DNA of 64,000 nt from positions 1-64,000 of the forward strand of contig NIVC01002439.1 of assembly GCA_002269645.1 (NCBI GenBank), written 5' to 3'. Source of the DNA: Macrostomum lignano (lineage: Eukaryota). How positions within the stretch are numbered: the first letter of the stretch is position 1; each line of letters starts with the position of its first letter. Shown one piece after another: positions 50,738 through 63,405 of the stretch. Under the pieces are notes generated by a model that was not told the DNA's origin, did no database searches, and was given only the letters and a program-made list of their open reading frames with translations. The translations under genes and the position numbers were made by a program.

Positions 50738-51652
50738 TTGCCTGGCAATTGTTCGGATCTGAGTGGCAAATGTATCCCGTTTGTTTTGCCCGCTGCTCTG
50801 GCCGTGTGTTCTTTAACTATTTATGCAGTTCGTGTTTGTTGTTCCAAACCTTCTGGGCATTTACCTGGTAAATGTACCATGAAGTGTAATTTATCCAACA
50901 GCAGTAGTCTCGTGTTGCTTTAGCCCTTCGAATTGAATCGTTTCGTACAAATGTTGAACTGGAAAGTAGAATACTTCAATATGAATAAAATGTTCCTGAA
51001 TTGATCTGTCACCAGTCGCCACACAAGCATTAGTTGCGCGTAATATTAAAATAATAGAAGATCAAAAGTTTCGTGCGAATGCTTCGAGGGGTTATTGCTG
51101 TCTATCTATTTTTTGGCACCTGCGTGTGCAGTTACCGGTGGTCTCGACAATAGTATTTTTTGTCCTGTCCCGTTCGATCAGATTTCTATTAATGCAATTA
51201 GTGGAATCAGGTCGACTCTAGCTGCATTTACGGAAGGGTCAGTGCATTGATAATAAAATTGAAAAAATCAAGAAAAATTATAAAAACCTGTTTGCATAAA
51301 TTGTGCGTCGTTAGCCGTTATAATTTCTTTTGTACTTGCCTAGATTAAGTAGTCACGGATTTTTAATAGCTTTATTTTTAAATTGGTCAGTTTTTATCCG
51401 CTTCATTAAATAGAGAAATAAAACTACAAAGAAATCAATCAGATTTTTTATAGAATTTAGCTGGCGAGTCTCTTCTATTGTATATTAGAATATTATAAAG
51501 CCAATTTATGTCAATAAAATGCATATTAATATTTCCTATCTTCCAGTGGTGTGTGAAGGCGTTGAGGCTAGCAGAGTGATAAGTGGTTGCTTCAGTTCTA
51601 AAAGAGTTTTCCATCTTTCGAAAGCTTCGTGCTAACATCTATTGACAATAAA

Positions 51653-51741
51653 ATGGGCGATTGCTACAACTGCGGCAAGCCGGGACATTTCTCGCGCGAG
51701 TGCCCCCAGGGAGGCGGCGGCGGCGGTCGCGGTGGCCGCGG

Positions 51742-51772
<31 letters not shown>

Positions 51773-52105
51773 TGCTACAACTGCGGTCAGCCCGGCCACT
51801 TGGCCAGGGACTGTCCTGATGGTGGCAGCCGCGATGGCGGCTTCGGAGGCGGCCGCGGCGGCGGTTTCGGAGGCGGCCGTGGCGGCGGCTTCGGAGGCGG
51901 CCGCGGCGGTGGCTTCGGAGGTGGCGGCTACGGCGGCGGCCGGGGTGGTGGCTTCGGTGGCGGTGGTGGCGGCGGCGGCAGTCGCTGCTACCGTTGCAAC
52001 GAGGTCGGCCACATGGCGCGCGACTGCAGCCAGCCGCAGGCCGAGATGACCTGCTACCGCTGCAACAAGCCCGGTCACATGGCCCGCGACTGCCAGGAGG
52101 CTTAA
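51653..52105 (+). CDS. CNBP-like protein, copy 2 (150 aa)
   Basis: Knuckles essentially identical to copy 1; differs in Gly-tract lengths and stop codon (TAA vs TGA). Confidence 0.92.
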
Positions 52106-53862
52106 GCAACCTACCTATGCTGGCTAGATAAGACGCCTTCAGTTTGTATTGAGTCAAGCGGAGTCCGTCTGGTTTCTAAACTGGGTTTACGAGTACTTTA
52201 TATATAATATTTGGTGTTAAGTTGTGTGTTCATATCTTTAGGGATAATCGGCTCATCGATTAACAACTTTGAGTAGGAATCGCGTGGTGTTCCATTCTCC
52301 TGTTAACAAGTCAGCATTCCGTACGAGCTAGTAGAATACAATCGATAAGTTACGTGTGCAATGAAGGCGCATTTGTACGCCTCAGAAAAGTGCAAAGAAA
52401 TTTTCACGGTCAGTGGACGTAATGAAATTCAGCTTCTTTAAATTGACCGATAAAGTGACTTGTCTATGTTATTTTTATCACATTTAATGCTTCCACAGCC
52501 TAGCGTACAGCCATCATTTCTGGCAAGACCTAAACTTCGGCTGTCGGAGCTGTAGTTACGTGCATCTGGCACTGAACGAGTGTACACGGGTGTACGCTTC
52601 TCACAGGTTGTTGAGCAGCCCTATATGGTGATTTCTTGTGGTCCAACATGCACTAAAGTTGTGCACGGAATCGAATTCAAGAGAATAATTGCCTGTACCT
52701 TCCATGAACAAACTAGAACACTAGTAACCTGATCTTGTCTTCCATCTTTGCCCTGCTAATGATATGCTTATCTCTTGATCCTCTATACCTCAGCTTCCGG
52801 CCGGGCATGTTAAGCTTCATGATTACGAATTGTAGCGAGGAGTGCAGAGTCTGGCTGTAGCAGTTTCTCAGGCACAGCTGCCCTGATTCTAAACTGACGT
52901 TTGCTTTACGAGTCGTGCAGTCACTAGCTTTTGGTTGTTTAGCGAGGTACTCGAATGTACGATGCATGCATCTTAGCATGATTAACTGCTCTCACCTTGC
53001 ACTGAATGCCATGATTATATTGAGAATTGAGTGCGAATATGCAGGCTTGCAGTGAAGCCAACCTGACAATTTTCCAGTTCACTCAACTCTATTGTTTTTC
53101 TTCCTGCGCAGCGATACAAAAGCTCTGACATTATTCGTTGGAAATAGCTTAGTAAAGTGTACATTATTTTTAGAATCTGTGTTGGCACCGCCAGCACTCA
53201 TTTTGGCGCTGCAGGCGCTATACTCCTAGAAGCAAAATCACTGATTCCCAAAATGGGTCACAAGGTTGGGTGGGTGACAGCGTTGGCATGTCCCCATAGC
53301 CCCATAGTCCCCCCTATCACCCCGGTGTCAACGCCCCTGATACATGAATCATCAGATCAGATGGCCGCACGAAGAGCTTTATATTACGTAATATTATAAG
53401 CATTCAGCAATTGGATTCACGTACTCATGTTGACCCTGATGCATGCTGCTCATGGATCTCTTACAAATTAATACAATTCATCCTGCTGGTACTTGGAACT
53501 ACTAAACAATACAGAGATATTTCAAGTTCCACATGTAATTCACTTTGGTCTTTATTTAGACCGTATTGAACAAATTATAAACAACGAAAGTAGCAGGAAC
53601 GCTATTGTACTCGCCAAACCGTGTAATTTTCACTGCATTGATCGAGGCCCGAAGTTTCCGATACAAAACCCATGCAGGCTCTGTACAAGTATAGCGAGAT
53701 AGCTGAAACTTTTTAGTTCAGTTTAAGCGCATGCCCTTACAGCCCTTGCTCGCCAATTCAGGTGATAGATATATTTGTCACTGCTAAAAATCTCAAAACT
53801 CTGAGCTGGCAAATGTTTTATGATTTGAGTGTCATTGCAGAATGGCCAGATGGTCAGCAAGA

Positions 53863-55668
53863 TCACAGCTGGCTATCTTGCTGTAGAACCGGACTGTCGC
53901 TCGCTGTCTGCATCGGCGTCTGCAGCGACATCGGTTTGTGCTCTCCCCGCCGCGTGCCATCCCTGCTTGTCGGCTGGTCTGAAAAGCGTCGGCGCTGGCG
54001 ACAGCAGCACCGGGGCAGCAGCAGGTCACGCAGCTCGCAGCGCAGGCTCTCGTTGAAGAAGCCGTACAGCAGTGGGTTGGCGCACGCCGAGGCCAGCACA
54101 GCCAGCAGGCAGAGGCTCTGGGCGACGAGGGCGGAGAAGCCCAGATCCGCCTGGGCCACGCGGCCCTCGGCCTCGGAAAAGCTGACCTCATCATGCCGCA
54201 GATCGATCTGCCAGAGCTTCACGTCGTGTAGCAAGTTAGAGAGGGACAGCGGCAGCCAGGACAGTCCAAACAGCAGAGCCACACCTCCCAGTAGGCAGTT
54301 GGCTCGGCGCCTGCGGCGGCTTTCCACCTGTTGGCGCATCTGTTGCAGCGGCGTTAGCGAGCAGGCGCAGCGGCTACTCGTCAGCCGACGGCTCAGGCGG
54401 CCGCGAATCCGAGCGAAGGCCTGCAGTAGAGCGACGAGTGGCGCGGCGTACTGCAGGCACAGGCTGGCACAGCTGTAGGCCACCTTCAGCAGTCGGTCTG
54501 CGGAGCTGCCGGCCCGCTCGGCGCAGATCTCGCGCCGGCCGCCGCTCAGCCAGGTGGCGTCATCGGCCAGTTCGGCGAACCAAAGCAGCGGGCTGGCGGC
54601 CACGGCCGCTGCCACCCAGATGGCCGGCAGGACGAGGCGGCTGCGCCGGCTGGCCGGCTGGCTGGGTCCGGGCTGCAGCACCACCTGCACCAGCCAATGG
54701 TTTGCTGCTCTATTTGAGCTTTGTGAACGCATGAGCTTCCATGAGCATTGGGTACTGGCACTCTCCCTTCCCCCATGAGCATTGGGTACTGGCACTCTCC
54801 CTTCCCCCATGAGCATTGGGTACTGGCACTCTCCCTTCCCCCATGACCATCGGGAACTGGCACTCTACCTTCCCCCATGACCATCGGGGACTGGCACTCT
54901 ACCTTCCCCCATGACCATCGGGAACTGGCACTCTACCTTCCCCCATGACCATCGGGGACTGGCACTCTCCCTTCCCCCATGACCATCGGGGACTATCACT
55001 CTCCCTTCCCCCATGACCATCGGAGACTATCACTCTCCCTTCCCCCATGACCATCGGGGACTGGCACTCCCCTTCCCCATGACCATCGGGGACTGGCACT
55101 CCCCCTTCCCCATGACCATCGGGTACTGGCACTCCCCCTTCCCCATGACCATCGGGAATGACACTGGCACCAAGCTCACCTGGCACCTGTCCACAGCTAT
55201 GGCTGCCACAGAAAAGGTGGACGCGAACAGGTTGAGCCCGGTGAGGCCGTTAACCAATTTGCACAACGCCAGACCGCTCTCCCAGCCCAGCTCGGGAAAC
55301 AGCAGGCGCCGAATGTTGCACGGCTGGGTCATGGAGCACAGGACAAAGTCGGACACAGCCAGGTTCAGCACCAGCAGGTTGGTCATGGTTCGCATGCCCG
55401 GCCGGCGCCACACCGCCAGCACCAGTAGGGCATTGCCAGACGCTCCAAACGCCATGAGGCAGAGGAACGTAGCCAGCAGGGGCCGCCTGAGCTGGTGCAG
55501 CTCCTGCAGCCGCTCCCGCTCCGCCTGCCCGATCACCTGCTTGACAAAGCCGGTCTGGTTGCGGCACAGGTAGAACTGGAGCAGCGGCTGCACGTCAAAC
55601 AGGCGGTTCTGCTGCAGGTGGTGCAGGCAGGCCGCGGCGCTCGAGTTTGGACTGCCTGAGGGCTCCAT
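53863..55668 (-). CDS. Class A GPCR, NPY/NPF-receptor-like; exons 55668-55180 and 54684-53863
   Basis: GN.L...V, NLLVLNLAVSD, C-TM3, DRC (DRY variant), W in TM4, F..SWLP, CANPLLYGFFNE; phase-0 intron CAG|GTGAG...GCAG|. Confidence 0.9.
54728..55160. repeat. Minisatellite of about 34 bp filling nearly the whole GPCR intron
   Basis: CCCCATGACCATCGGGGACTGGCACTCTCCCTTC variants. Confidence 0.93.
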
Positions 55669-56594
55669 TCTTACAGGAGATGGTTGTTGGGTCTGCGTGT
55701 GAGGCTGCGCAAATTCGATTCCGAGTATCCAACAAGATTTACGATCGGATTATCCGACTTCAATCGCGCTCTGCCGTCTGCTTTAATTATTCCTAACCTG
55801 TGAATCCCTGGGGAGCGGTGCTCATTGAACTCGATTCGAGAAGATTATTTCCTTGAGCCCGTGACGGATGTTCTATTTGATGAGGAGCTGTGTATTAGAA
55901 CAGAACTCTTTTTCAGCTGCATTGTGAAATTTGAATATTTATTTCAATACCTATACCTGAGCTGAAGGCGGGTTTAATATTTTCTCAATTCGACAACATA
56001 ATTTAATATGGTTCCTGCCGAAGGTTTCACGCTCTTCTAGCTCCGCTGAGGATGGAGGAGAGAAGAGATGGGAGGGGAGAGGAGAGAAGAGAGAAGAGAG
56101 GAGAGGGGAGATTAGAGAGGAAAGGAGAGGGGAGAGGACAGAGGAGAGGAGAGAGGGGACCCCTCAATTCACGCCGTCTCGATCAGCCCTAGACAGGACG
56201 GGACAGGAACTGCTCACCAATCCATCATCTAATTACGCTCAGATTTCTCAAACTCTAGGATGGAATTGTTTCTAAAGCGCAAGAAATACTCAGTTAATTA
56301 AGCGCAAGACCTGCCAGAGTCTAATTTCCTGACCTGGGCAAAGTAAGCTGACTATCAGCGGCGAAATCTGATTAAGCCGCGGACTTCCCGCCTGGCGGCC
56401 CAGGTGAAGGCTTTCTGCCTGCAGAATCAGTCAGCCAGTCCGTCCAGTTTCATCCTAAACTAGCTTCCTTTACACTTCCCCTCACGCTTCAAAGCAAACT
56501 GCGCATAGCCGAGGGGAAGGGCCACGCCTTTCAGTGGCGAAAACAAGATTGCTACTGGGGCTGCTCCTGAGACTAAGGTACTAATCTGCAGCAT

Positions 56595-57650
56595 CAGGTG
56601 TCAGTCTCAAGGTGTCAGTCTCAAGGTGTCAGTCTCAAGGTGTCAGTCTCAAGGTATCAGTCTCAAACTGTCAGTCTCAAGCTGTCAGTCTCAAACTGTC
56701 AGTCTCAAGCTGTCAGTCGCAAGGTGTCAGTCTCAAGGTGTCAATCTCAAGGTGTCAGTCTCAAACTGTCAGTCTGAAACTGTCATTCTCAAACCGTCAG
56801 TCTCAAGCTGTCAGTATCAAAATGTCAGTCTCAAGCTGTCAGTCTCAAATTGTCAGTCTCAAACTGTCAGTCTCAAGGTGTCAGTCTTAAGGTGTCAGTC
56901 TCAAGGTGTCAGTCTCAAGCTGTCAGTCTCAAGGTGTCAGTCTCAAGGTGTCAGTCTCAAGGTGTCAGTCTCAATGTGTCAGTCTCAAGCTGTCAGTCTC
57001 AAACTGTCAGTCTCAAGCTGTCAGTCGCAAGGTGTCAGTCTCAAGGTGTCAATCTCAAGGTGTCAGTCTCAAACTGTCAGTCTCAAGGTATCAGTCTCAA
57101 ACCGTCAGTCTCAAGATTTCAGTCTCAAGATGTCAGTCTCAAGGTGTCAGTCTCAAGGTGTCAGTCTCAAGCTGTCAGTCTCAAACTGTCAGTCTCAAGC
57201 TGTCAGTCTCAAACTGTCAGTCTCAAGCTGTCAGTCTCAAGGTGTCAGTCTTAAGGTGTCAGTCTCAAGGTGTCAGTCTCAATGTGTCAGTCTCAAGGTG
57301 TCAGTCTCAAGCTGTCAGTCTCAAACTGTCAGTCTCAAGCTGTCAGTCTCAAACAGTCTCAAGCTGTCAGTCTCAAACTGTCAGTCTCAAGCTGTCAGTC
57401 GCAAGGTGTCAGTCTCAAGGTGTCAATCTCAAGGTGTCAGTCTCAATGTGTCAGTCTCAAACTGTCAGTCTCAAGCTGTCAGTCTCAAACAGTCTCAAGC
57501 TGTCAGTCTCAAACTGTCAGTCTCAAGCTGTCAGTCGCAAGGTGTCAGTCTCAAGGTGTCAATCTCAAGGTGTCAGTCTCAATGTGTCAGTCTCAAACTG
57601 TCAGTCTCAAACTGTCAGTCTCAAGGTGTCAGTCTCAAGCTGTCAGTCTC
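56595..57650. repeat. 14-bp minisatellite (GTGTCAGTCTCAAG)n
   Basis: About 75 copies. Confidence 0.95.
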
Positions 57651-58099
57651 AATTAGGGCATTCGGCACTAATCCGGGCAACTTACTTGATAGAATTAGTT
57701 TGCAGAAAAGTTGCAGCTCTTCTCTGGCTCAGTTTAGAGCGGACAGTTGCTTCGGAACGTTTTTTTCAGACGAATTCATTAGAGATGAGTTGTTGATTCG
57801 GGATAGACGGGTGATGCTCATAAATACTACTACAGAGTACTCATTTGACTCTCCAGCCAAGTCCCATCTGCATCCTCATTGGCTACCAGATGAGCAGCTG
57901 CTCAGAATTCGGCGAATTATGGGGTTTGCTCGGGGATTTTTTGTTTGCTGAATTTTAGCTTGTCAGATTTGGCTTTCATAAGTTTTTTTTCTAAATTTTA
58001 CAGTTTCCTTAGCCGTTTGCTGTCAGTTTAGTGAGTGCAGTTTCTGAAACATTGCTGACAGATTCTCTACCGCTGGCGCTGAACTATTGTACGCTAGAC

Positions 58100-58285
58100 T
58101 TAGCAACAACAAAAAACAACAAAAAATTAGAAACAACAACAAGAAACAACAAAGAAATAAAAGAAACAATAAAAATAGGAAACAACAAAAACAAGAAACA
58201 CCAACAACCATAAACAACTGCAACAACAACAACAAGAAACAGGAAAAATAAGAAACACCAACAACAATAAACAACATCAACAACA
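58100..58285. repeat. A-rich (AAC)n-like low-complexity tract
   Basis: Direct reading. Confidence 0.85.
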
Positions 58286-58714
58286 ACAACACCCACTACG
58301 GGGAACCTGGAGCCTCGGCTCCAGCTCCTACCCGACAATCCGTCCTGGGAGGCGTCCGTCCTGGACGTCAAAGAGCGCCAGAACCTCGGACACCAAGTGT
58401 TCCATCGGCTAGGAGATATGGCAGCGAGCAGCCACCCGAGGAATCTCTCTTGACCTGGCCAATGGTCACTTGGTGACGCGACAAGAACGACAACAATAAC
58501 AACAACAAAACCACAATAAGCAACCCTGAAAAGTCAGGCAGCTCTCAAAGAGTCAGGGTTGAGGCAGGCAAGGTCAGATATCACGCCGAAGTCCGCCCCC
58601 GCCAGCGGTGTCCCTATGGCGTCTCCAGCAGGCAGTCACATATATCGATGGGTTCGCACCTGGCCCCGTCTGAGTGGGCCGCCCTAATTTTATTAATGCC
58701 TTACAAGTACATAG

Positions 58715-59988
58715 GAATCATTGGGTTCAAGATCGTTGGGTTCAGGATCATTGGGTTCAAGATCGTTGGGTTCAGGATCATTGGGTTCAAGATCGTTGGG
58801 TTCAGGATCATTGGGTTCAAGATCGTTGGGTTCAGGATCATTGGGTTCAGGATCATTGGGTTCAGGATCATTGAGTTCAGGATCATTGGGTTCAGGATCA
58901 TTGGGTTCAGGATCATTGGGTTCAGGATCATTGGGTTCAGGATCATTGGGTTCAGGATCATTGGGTTCAGGATCATTGGGTTCAGGATCATTGGGTTCAG
59001 GATCATTGGGTTCAGGATCATTGGGTTCAGGATCATTGGGTTCAGGATCATTGGGTTCAGGATCATTGGGTTCAGGATCATTGGGTTCAGGATCATTGGG
59101 TTCAGGATCATTGGGTTCAGGATCATTGGGTTCAGGATCATTGGGTTCAGGATCATTGGGTTCAGGATCATTGGGTTCAGGATCATTGGGTTCAGGATCA
59201 TTGGGTTCAGGATCATTGGGTTCAGGATCATTGGGTTCAGGATCATTGGGTTCAGGATCATTGGGTTCAGGATCATTGGGTTCAGGATCATTGGGTTCAG
59301 GATCATTGGGTTCAGGATCATTGGGTTCAGGATCATTGGGTTCAGGATCATTGGGTTCAGGATCATTGGGTTCAGGATCATTGGGTTCAGGATCATTGGG
59401 TTCAGGATCATTGGGTTCAGGATCATTGGGTTCAGGATCATTGGGTTCAGGATCATTGGGTTCAGGATCATTGGGTTCAGGATCATTGGGTTCAGGATCA
59501 TTGGGTTCAGGATCATTGGGTTCAGGATCATTGGGTTCAGGATCATTGGGTTCAGGATCATTGGGTTCAGGATCATTGGGTTCAGGATCATTGGGTTCAG
59601 GATCATTGGGTTCAGGATCATTGAGTTCAGGATCATTGGGTTCAGGATCATTGGGTTCAGGATCATTGGGTTCAGGATCATTGGGTTCAGGATCATTGGG
59701 TTCAGGATCATTGGGTTCAGGATCATTGGGTTCAGGATCATTGGGTTCAGGATCATTGGGTTCAGGATCATTGGGTTCAGGATCATTGGGTTCAGGATCA
59801 TTGGGTTCAGGATCATTGGGTTCAGGATCATTGGGTTCAGGATCATTGGGTTCAGGATCATTGGGTTCAGGATCATTGGGTTCAGGATCATTGGGTTCAG
59901 GATCATTGGGTTCAGGATCATTGGGTTCAGGATCATTGGGTTCAGGATCATTGGGTTCAGGATCATTGGGTTCAGGATCATTGGGTTC
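58715..59988. repeat. 15-bp minisatellite (GGATCATTGGGTTCA)n
   Basis: About 85 near-perfect copies. Confidence 0.97.
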
Positions 59989-61817
59989 AGAGCTGCAGGA
60001 GGCTGTTTCAGTGTAGTTAAAATTAAATGAGTGATTCCTCTAGAAGAACAAAAACTGCTTGGTTGCAGATTGCTCTGGTATTTCTGTCCGTTGAATTAGC
60101 TGCCGAAATTCTGAGCACATCCCTGCGCAACTGAACAATTTGCGTGCACCGATTCGAAAATTAATTTGCTTCAGAACGTCATCAAAGCTAATAAATCATG
60201 AATGTCAGGAGACGACAGGCTTACAGTATAGGAGTAAATTTGACTGATACACCCACGAAAACCCATTGCGTTCCAAGAACCCTAACCTAGAATCACTAGA
60301 GCCATCTCCATAAGCCTTTGGTGATTCAGTCAACCATGTTTATCCAATTTCAAGTAGCTTTAAAATTAATTTCATCACTTTTTCTTTAAGCTATAAACCA
60401 CTTGTTTAAAAAAAGCATCATTTGTTTCTACTTAAAGTAGGCTTTAGGTGCACAAAATCTCCGCTGAAGGCCAGTTGGGCTAAACTTAGAAGGTAAACAC
60501 GCAGCAGACGTGTGACTGTTGTTTTTGTGGGTCATTTTAGAAGTTTGACTGCCGCGACGACAGCTGAATATGGTAAGCGTAGCGTTTCAGATGATAAATT
60601 GTGCATTGGAAATACGCTCGTAGTGTCTTCTGCATGCACCACTGCTGCTAATGCTGCTCAAAGCGTTATGGTATGCTGGATCACGTAGTCTATCAATGGG
60701 GTCCAGTTCGCTGTCACGCGTGCACTATTAAACATTTGGCCGAGTGTCGCAGTTCTTATCGGTTAGCCGCTGCTGTCTATTTTTGTCTGCCTCTGCCTGC
60801 TAGAAGGCAGTCACGCGGGCGGCTCGTGATGCCCTCCCTCCCTCCCCGCCCCTCTCACGTGAGTTCGACGTGCTGTTGCGTGAGAATCCACAGCAGCCGT
60901 TGCAGTGGGACAGGCTGAACTGCTCCAGCTTCAGTTCAGTGCAGTCAATATGGATTTTTTTAAATATGACTATTGTCTCAGAAATGCTGCCTAATCGAAG
61001 ACTTTTCTGTTTTTCTCGGAAAATTTTAAACGCTTTATTGCAAGCGGAGGCTGGTCGTGCACGGGAGATCCAGAGACGGAGAAGAGGGCGATGATGGAGC
61101 TGAGGAAGACAGAGTGTGAGCAGCTTTGCAGAGGTAGCTTTCAGGTGTCTGACACAGGGGTTTTCTTGTATTCATGCATATGCATGCAGTGTCAAGTTTT
61201 GAAAGAACTAATTAAGATCCAGAAAATTTACAGCATTGGTAGGAAGGCTATACACAAATAAGTTTAAATTATCAAACACCTGATAATTATGTATTTCTTG
61301 ATTGAAATCTTCAGATGATAAAGTTATGCATATATAAATAAATCTAATATTTTTTAAATTTTTAATAACGAGTGATATACCAACGTTATATTGATATATA
61401 TGATGGGTGTGGACAGAGCACAAGATTACAATTAGTGTTGATTAATTCGTTGCCAAATATCTAAACAGTATATTTACTGTACAGAAAAATAGTGAAGTGG
61501 ACAGAAGCGAGGACAAATGCATAGGACAGACAAGTGTGCGAACACTGATTTACAATGCCAGTCCGACACCACTGGCATTCTGTCTTTTCTATATATAGAT
61601 ATAGCTCTATCTGTTAGCTCAGGGTACACTGATTTGCATTTCAAATATTGAACCAGAAATTGCAAGGACGTATGCAGCAACAGGTACACAAAAATAAGAT
61701 CAGTCTTTGTTCTTCTACATACGTAAATATGCTATATAGTGTTTAACACTGGGCGAGTTAAAGTTAACACAACCAAGAGCACACAGCGCAATGGATGCGG
61801 AAAGCGTGCTTGTAAGC

Positions 61818-62687
61818 TTAGTCGGACGATTCGCTGACTGGCCTACTATTAGTAGGCGAGTTGGCAGATCGAGAGTCGTGGCGTCGCTCGTGCTTAGCCA
61901 GATGGTCGCTCCGGCTGAACTGGCGGTCGCATCGGGCGCAGCGGAATCGCCGTTCGCCAGTGTGGCCGCGCCGGTGTCGGGACAGCTCATCAGAGCGGGC
62001 GAACTCGCGCCCGCAGCCCGGCCAGTCGCAGTGATAAGGTTTCTCGCCCGTGTGGCACCGGTAGTGAGCCTTCAGGTGCGAGCTCTTATAATAGGACTTG
62101 CCGCAGCCAGGGTAACTGCATGCGTGAGCTTTGCCGCGCGCGCCGAGGGCTGGCGACCCGGGTGCGGCTGCCGAACCCGGCTGCAGCTGCTGCTTGCCGC
62201 TAGCAGGCGGTAATTGCTGCTTCTGCTGCTGCTGTTGCTTCTCCTGCTTCTGGCGAGAAGGCGCCGCCGCCGAATGCAGCAGCACAACCTGCACGGGAGT
62301 GTTCAGCGGCTTCTGCAGCGCCCGGATCGGAATTAGCAGGGCCTGCACCGGGCCCAGCTGGTCAGCCTCCGATGATGACGCATCGGCCTGCTCGCCGCTC
62401 CACTGCAGCTGACGCCTGGCCACCTTGGCAGCCGGCGCACCAGCGTCAGTTGACTCGTCGATCAGGTCCGCGGAGCCCAGACTCGGACAGTCGCTGCTGG
62501 CCGGCGAGCTGGCCTGCTGACGCTTGTGGTCGAACAGCAGCTCAGATAGAAGTGACCTACTATTCGACACTGATCCATTCTGCTGCGGCTGTTGCTGCGC
62601 TGGTGGAGGCGGCAGCGGCGGTGGTGGCGGGGACGCAGCCTTGGCGGCAATCGGAGTCTTAGCTGGCCTGTCTTGAATGAGCGACAT
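61818..62687 (-). CDS. KLF: Kruppel-like factor (KLF9/13/14/16 or KLF10/11 type) with three C-terminal C2H2 fingers; the real start may be the ATG near 62845 if a 1-nt deletion is corrected
   Basis: [51 protein letters not shown]...SRSDHLAKH; single exon. Confidence 0.93.
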   Translation of the reverse strand: MSLIQDRPAKTPIAAKAASPPPPPLPPPPAQQQPQQNGSVSNSRSLLSELLFDHKRQQASSPASSDCPSLGSADLIDESTDAGAPAAKVARRQLQWSGEQADASSSEADQLGPVQALLIPIRALQKPLNTPVQVVLLHSAAAPSRQKQEKQQQQQKQQLPPASGKQQLQPGSAAAPGSPALGARGKAHACSYPGCGKSYYKSSHLKAHYRCHTGEKPYHCDWPGCGREFARSDELSRHRRGHTGERRFRCARCDRQFSRSDHLAKHERRHDSRSANSPTNSRPVSESSD

Positions 62688-62904
62688 CGTGGCTGCCAGG
62701 CGTCGCCGGTTGTCGGACTCCGTGTCAGGGTTGGCCTGCTCCGGCCGGCTGGCCACTCGATGCAGTTTAAACTTTAACCGACGACACAGCTCGTTATCAT
62801 AAGCAGCCTCAACGGCGGCTTGCGACGCTTCGCATTCGTTTCCATGGGTTGGGCCAGCGACAGTAGAGTCCTAGCGCAGTCCAGTTCCATTGTTTTGTAC
62901 GAGC

Positions 62905-63405
62905 TCTTCGATTGGAATAAAGATGGCAAAGTTAGCCTGATTTTGGGCCAAACAGACGGGAACGGTGGGGCGTGGCTTTAGCTTAGTCTAAGGACATGGC
63001 GGACCCAAAATTCTTGCTATTTAAGTTAGTTCTCTTGCCTCCACCGGGTCAGAATCATCAGCCCCGCGCATGGCCTCGGGTAATGCCTAAAGGTCGGTGT
63101 GGGTTCCCCGTGCTAAAATTAGCAACAGCACGCAGCGCTTCGTAGGCAGCTTCACGCGGCGGGAGCGTGGCTTGTGGCGTGAATCGTATAGGCAGTGTAC
63201 GCAAAGCTGAGGCCAGTGGGGGCGTGGCCCCGAGACCCAGTGCACAAAGTGCACGCATGGTCAGAAATTCCCTCCTAACTTGTTTCAGCTTAGCCCGGTG
63301 GTTTGTAATTTCGGAAGTGACGATGCCATCACACATGGACTGCGTGATATTGCCACACTGGCCCGCCTCCGCCCCATTTCCACCTATCCAAGCCCCACCC
63401 CAGTC
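62905..63405. promoter_or_regulatory. KLF gene promoter with clustered SP/KLF sites and a CCAAT box
   Basis: GGGGCGTGGC at 62967 and 63219, GGGAGCGTGGC at 63161, GCCCGCCTCCGCCCC at 63361, GCCCCACCCC near 63392, ATTGG near 62911. Confidence 0.55.

Noticed and set aside
58648-60030. Long repeat ORFs (FRIIG, MILNP, GSGSL), and likewise LTYL, VTVDP, WELELL, LLGELLD, HPTHP and SVSRCQ elsewhere
   Set aside because: Stop-free frames of minisatellites, mostly intronic, with no splice or domain support
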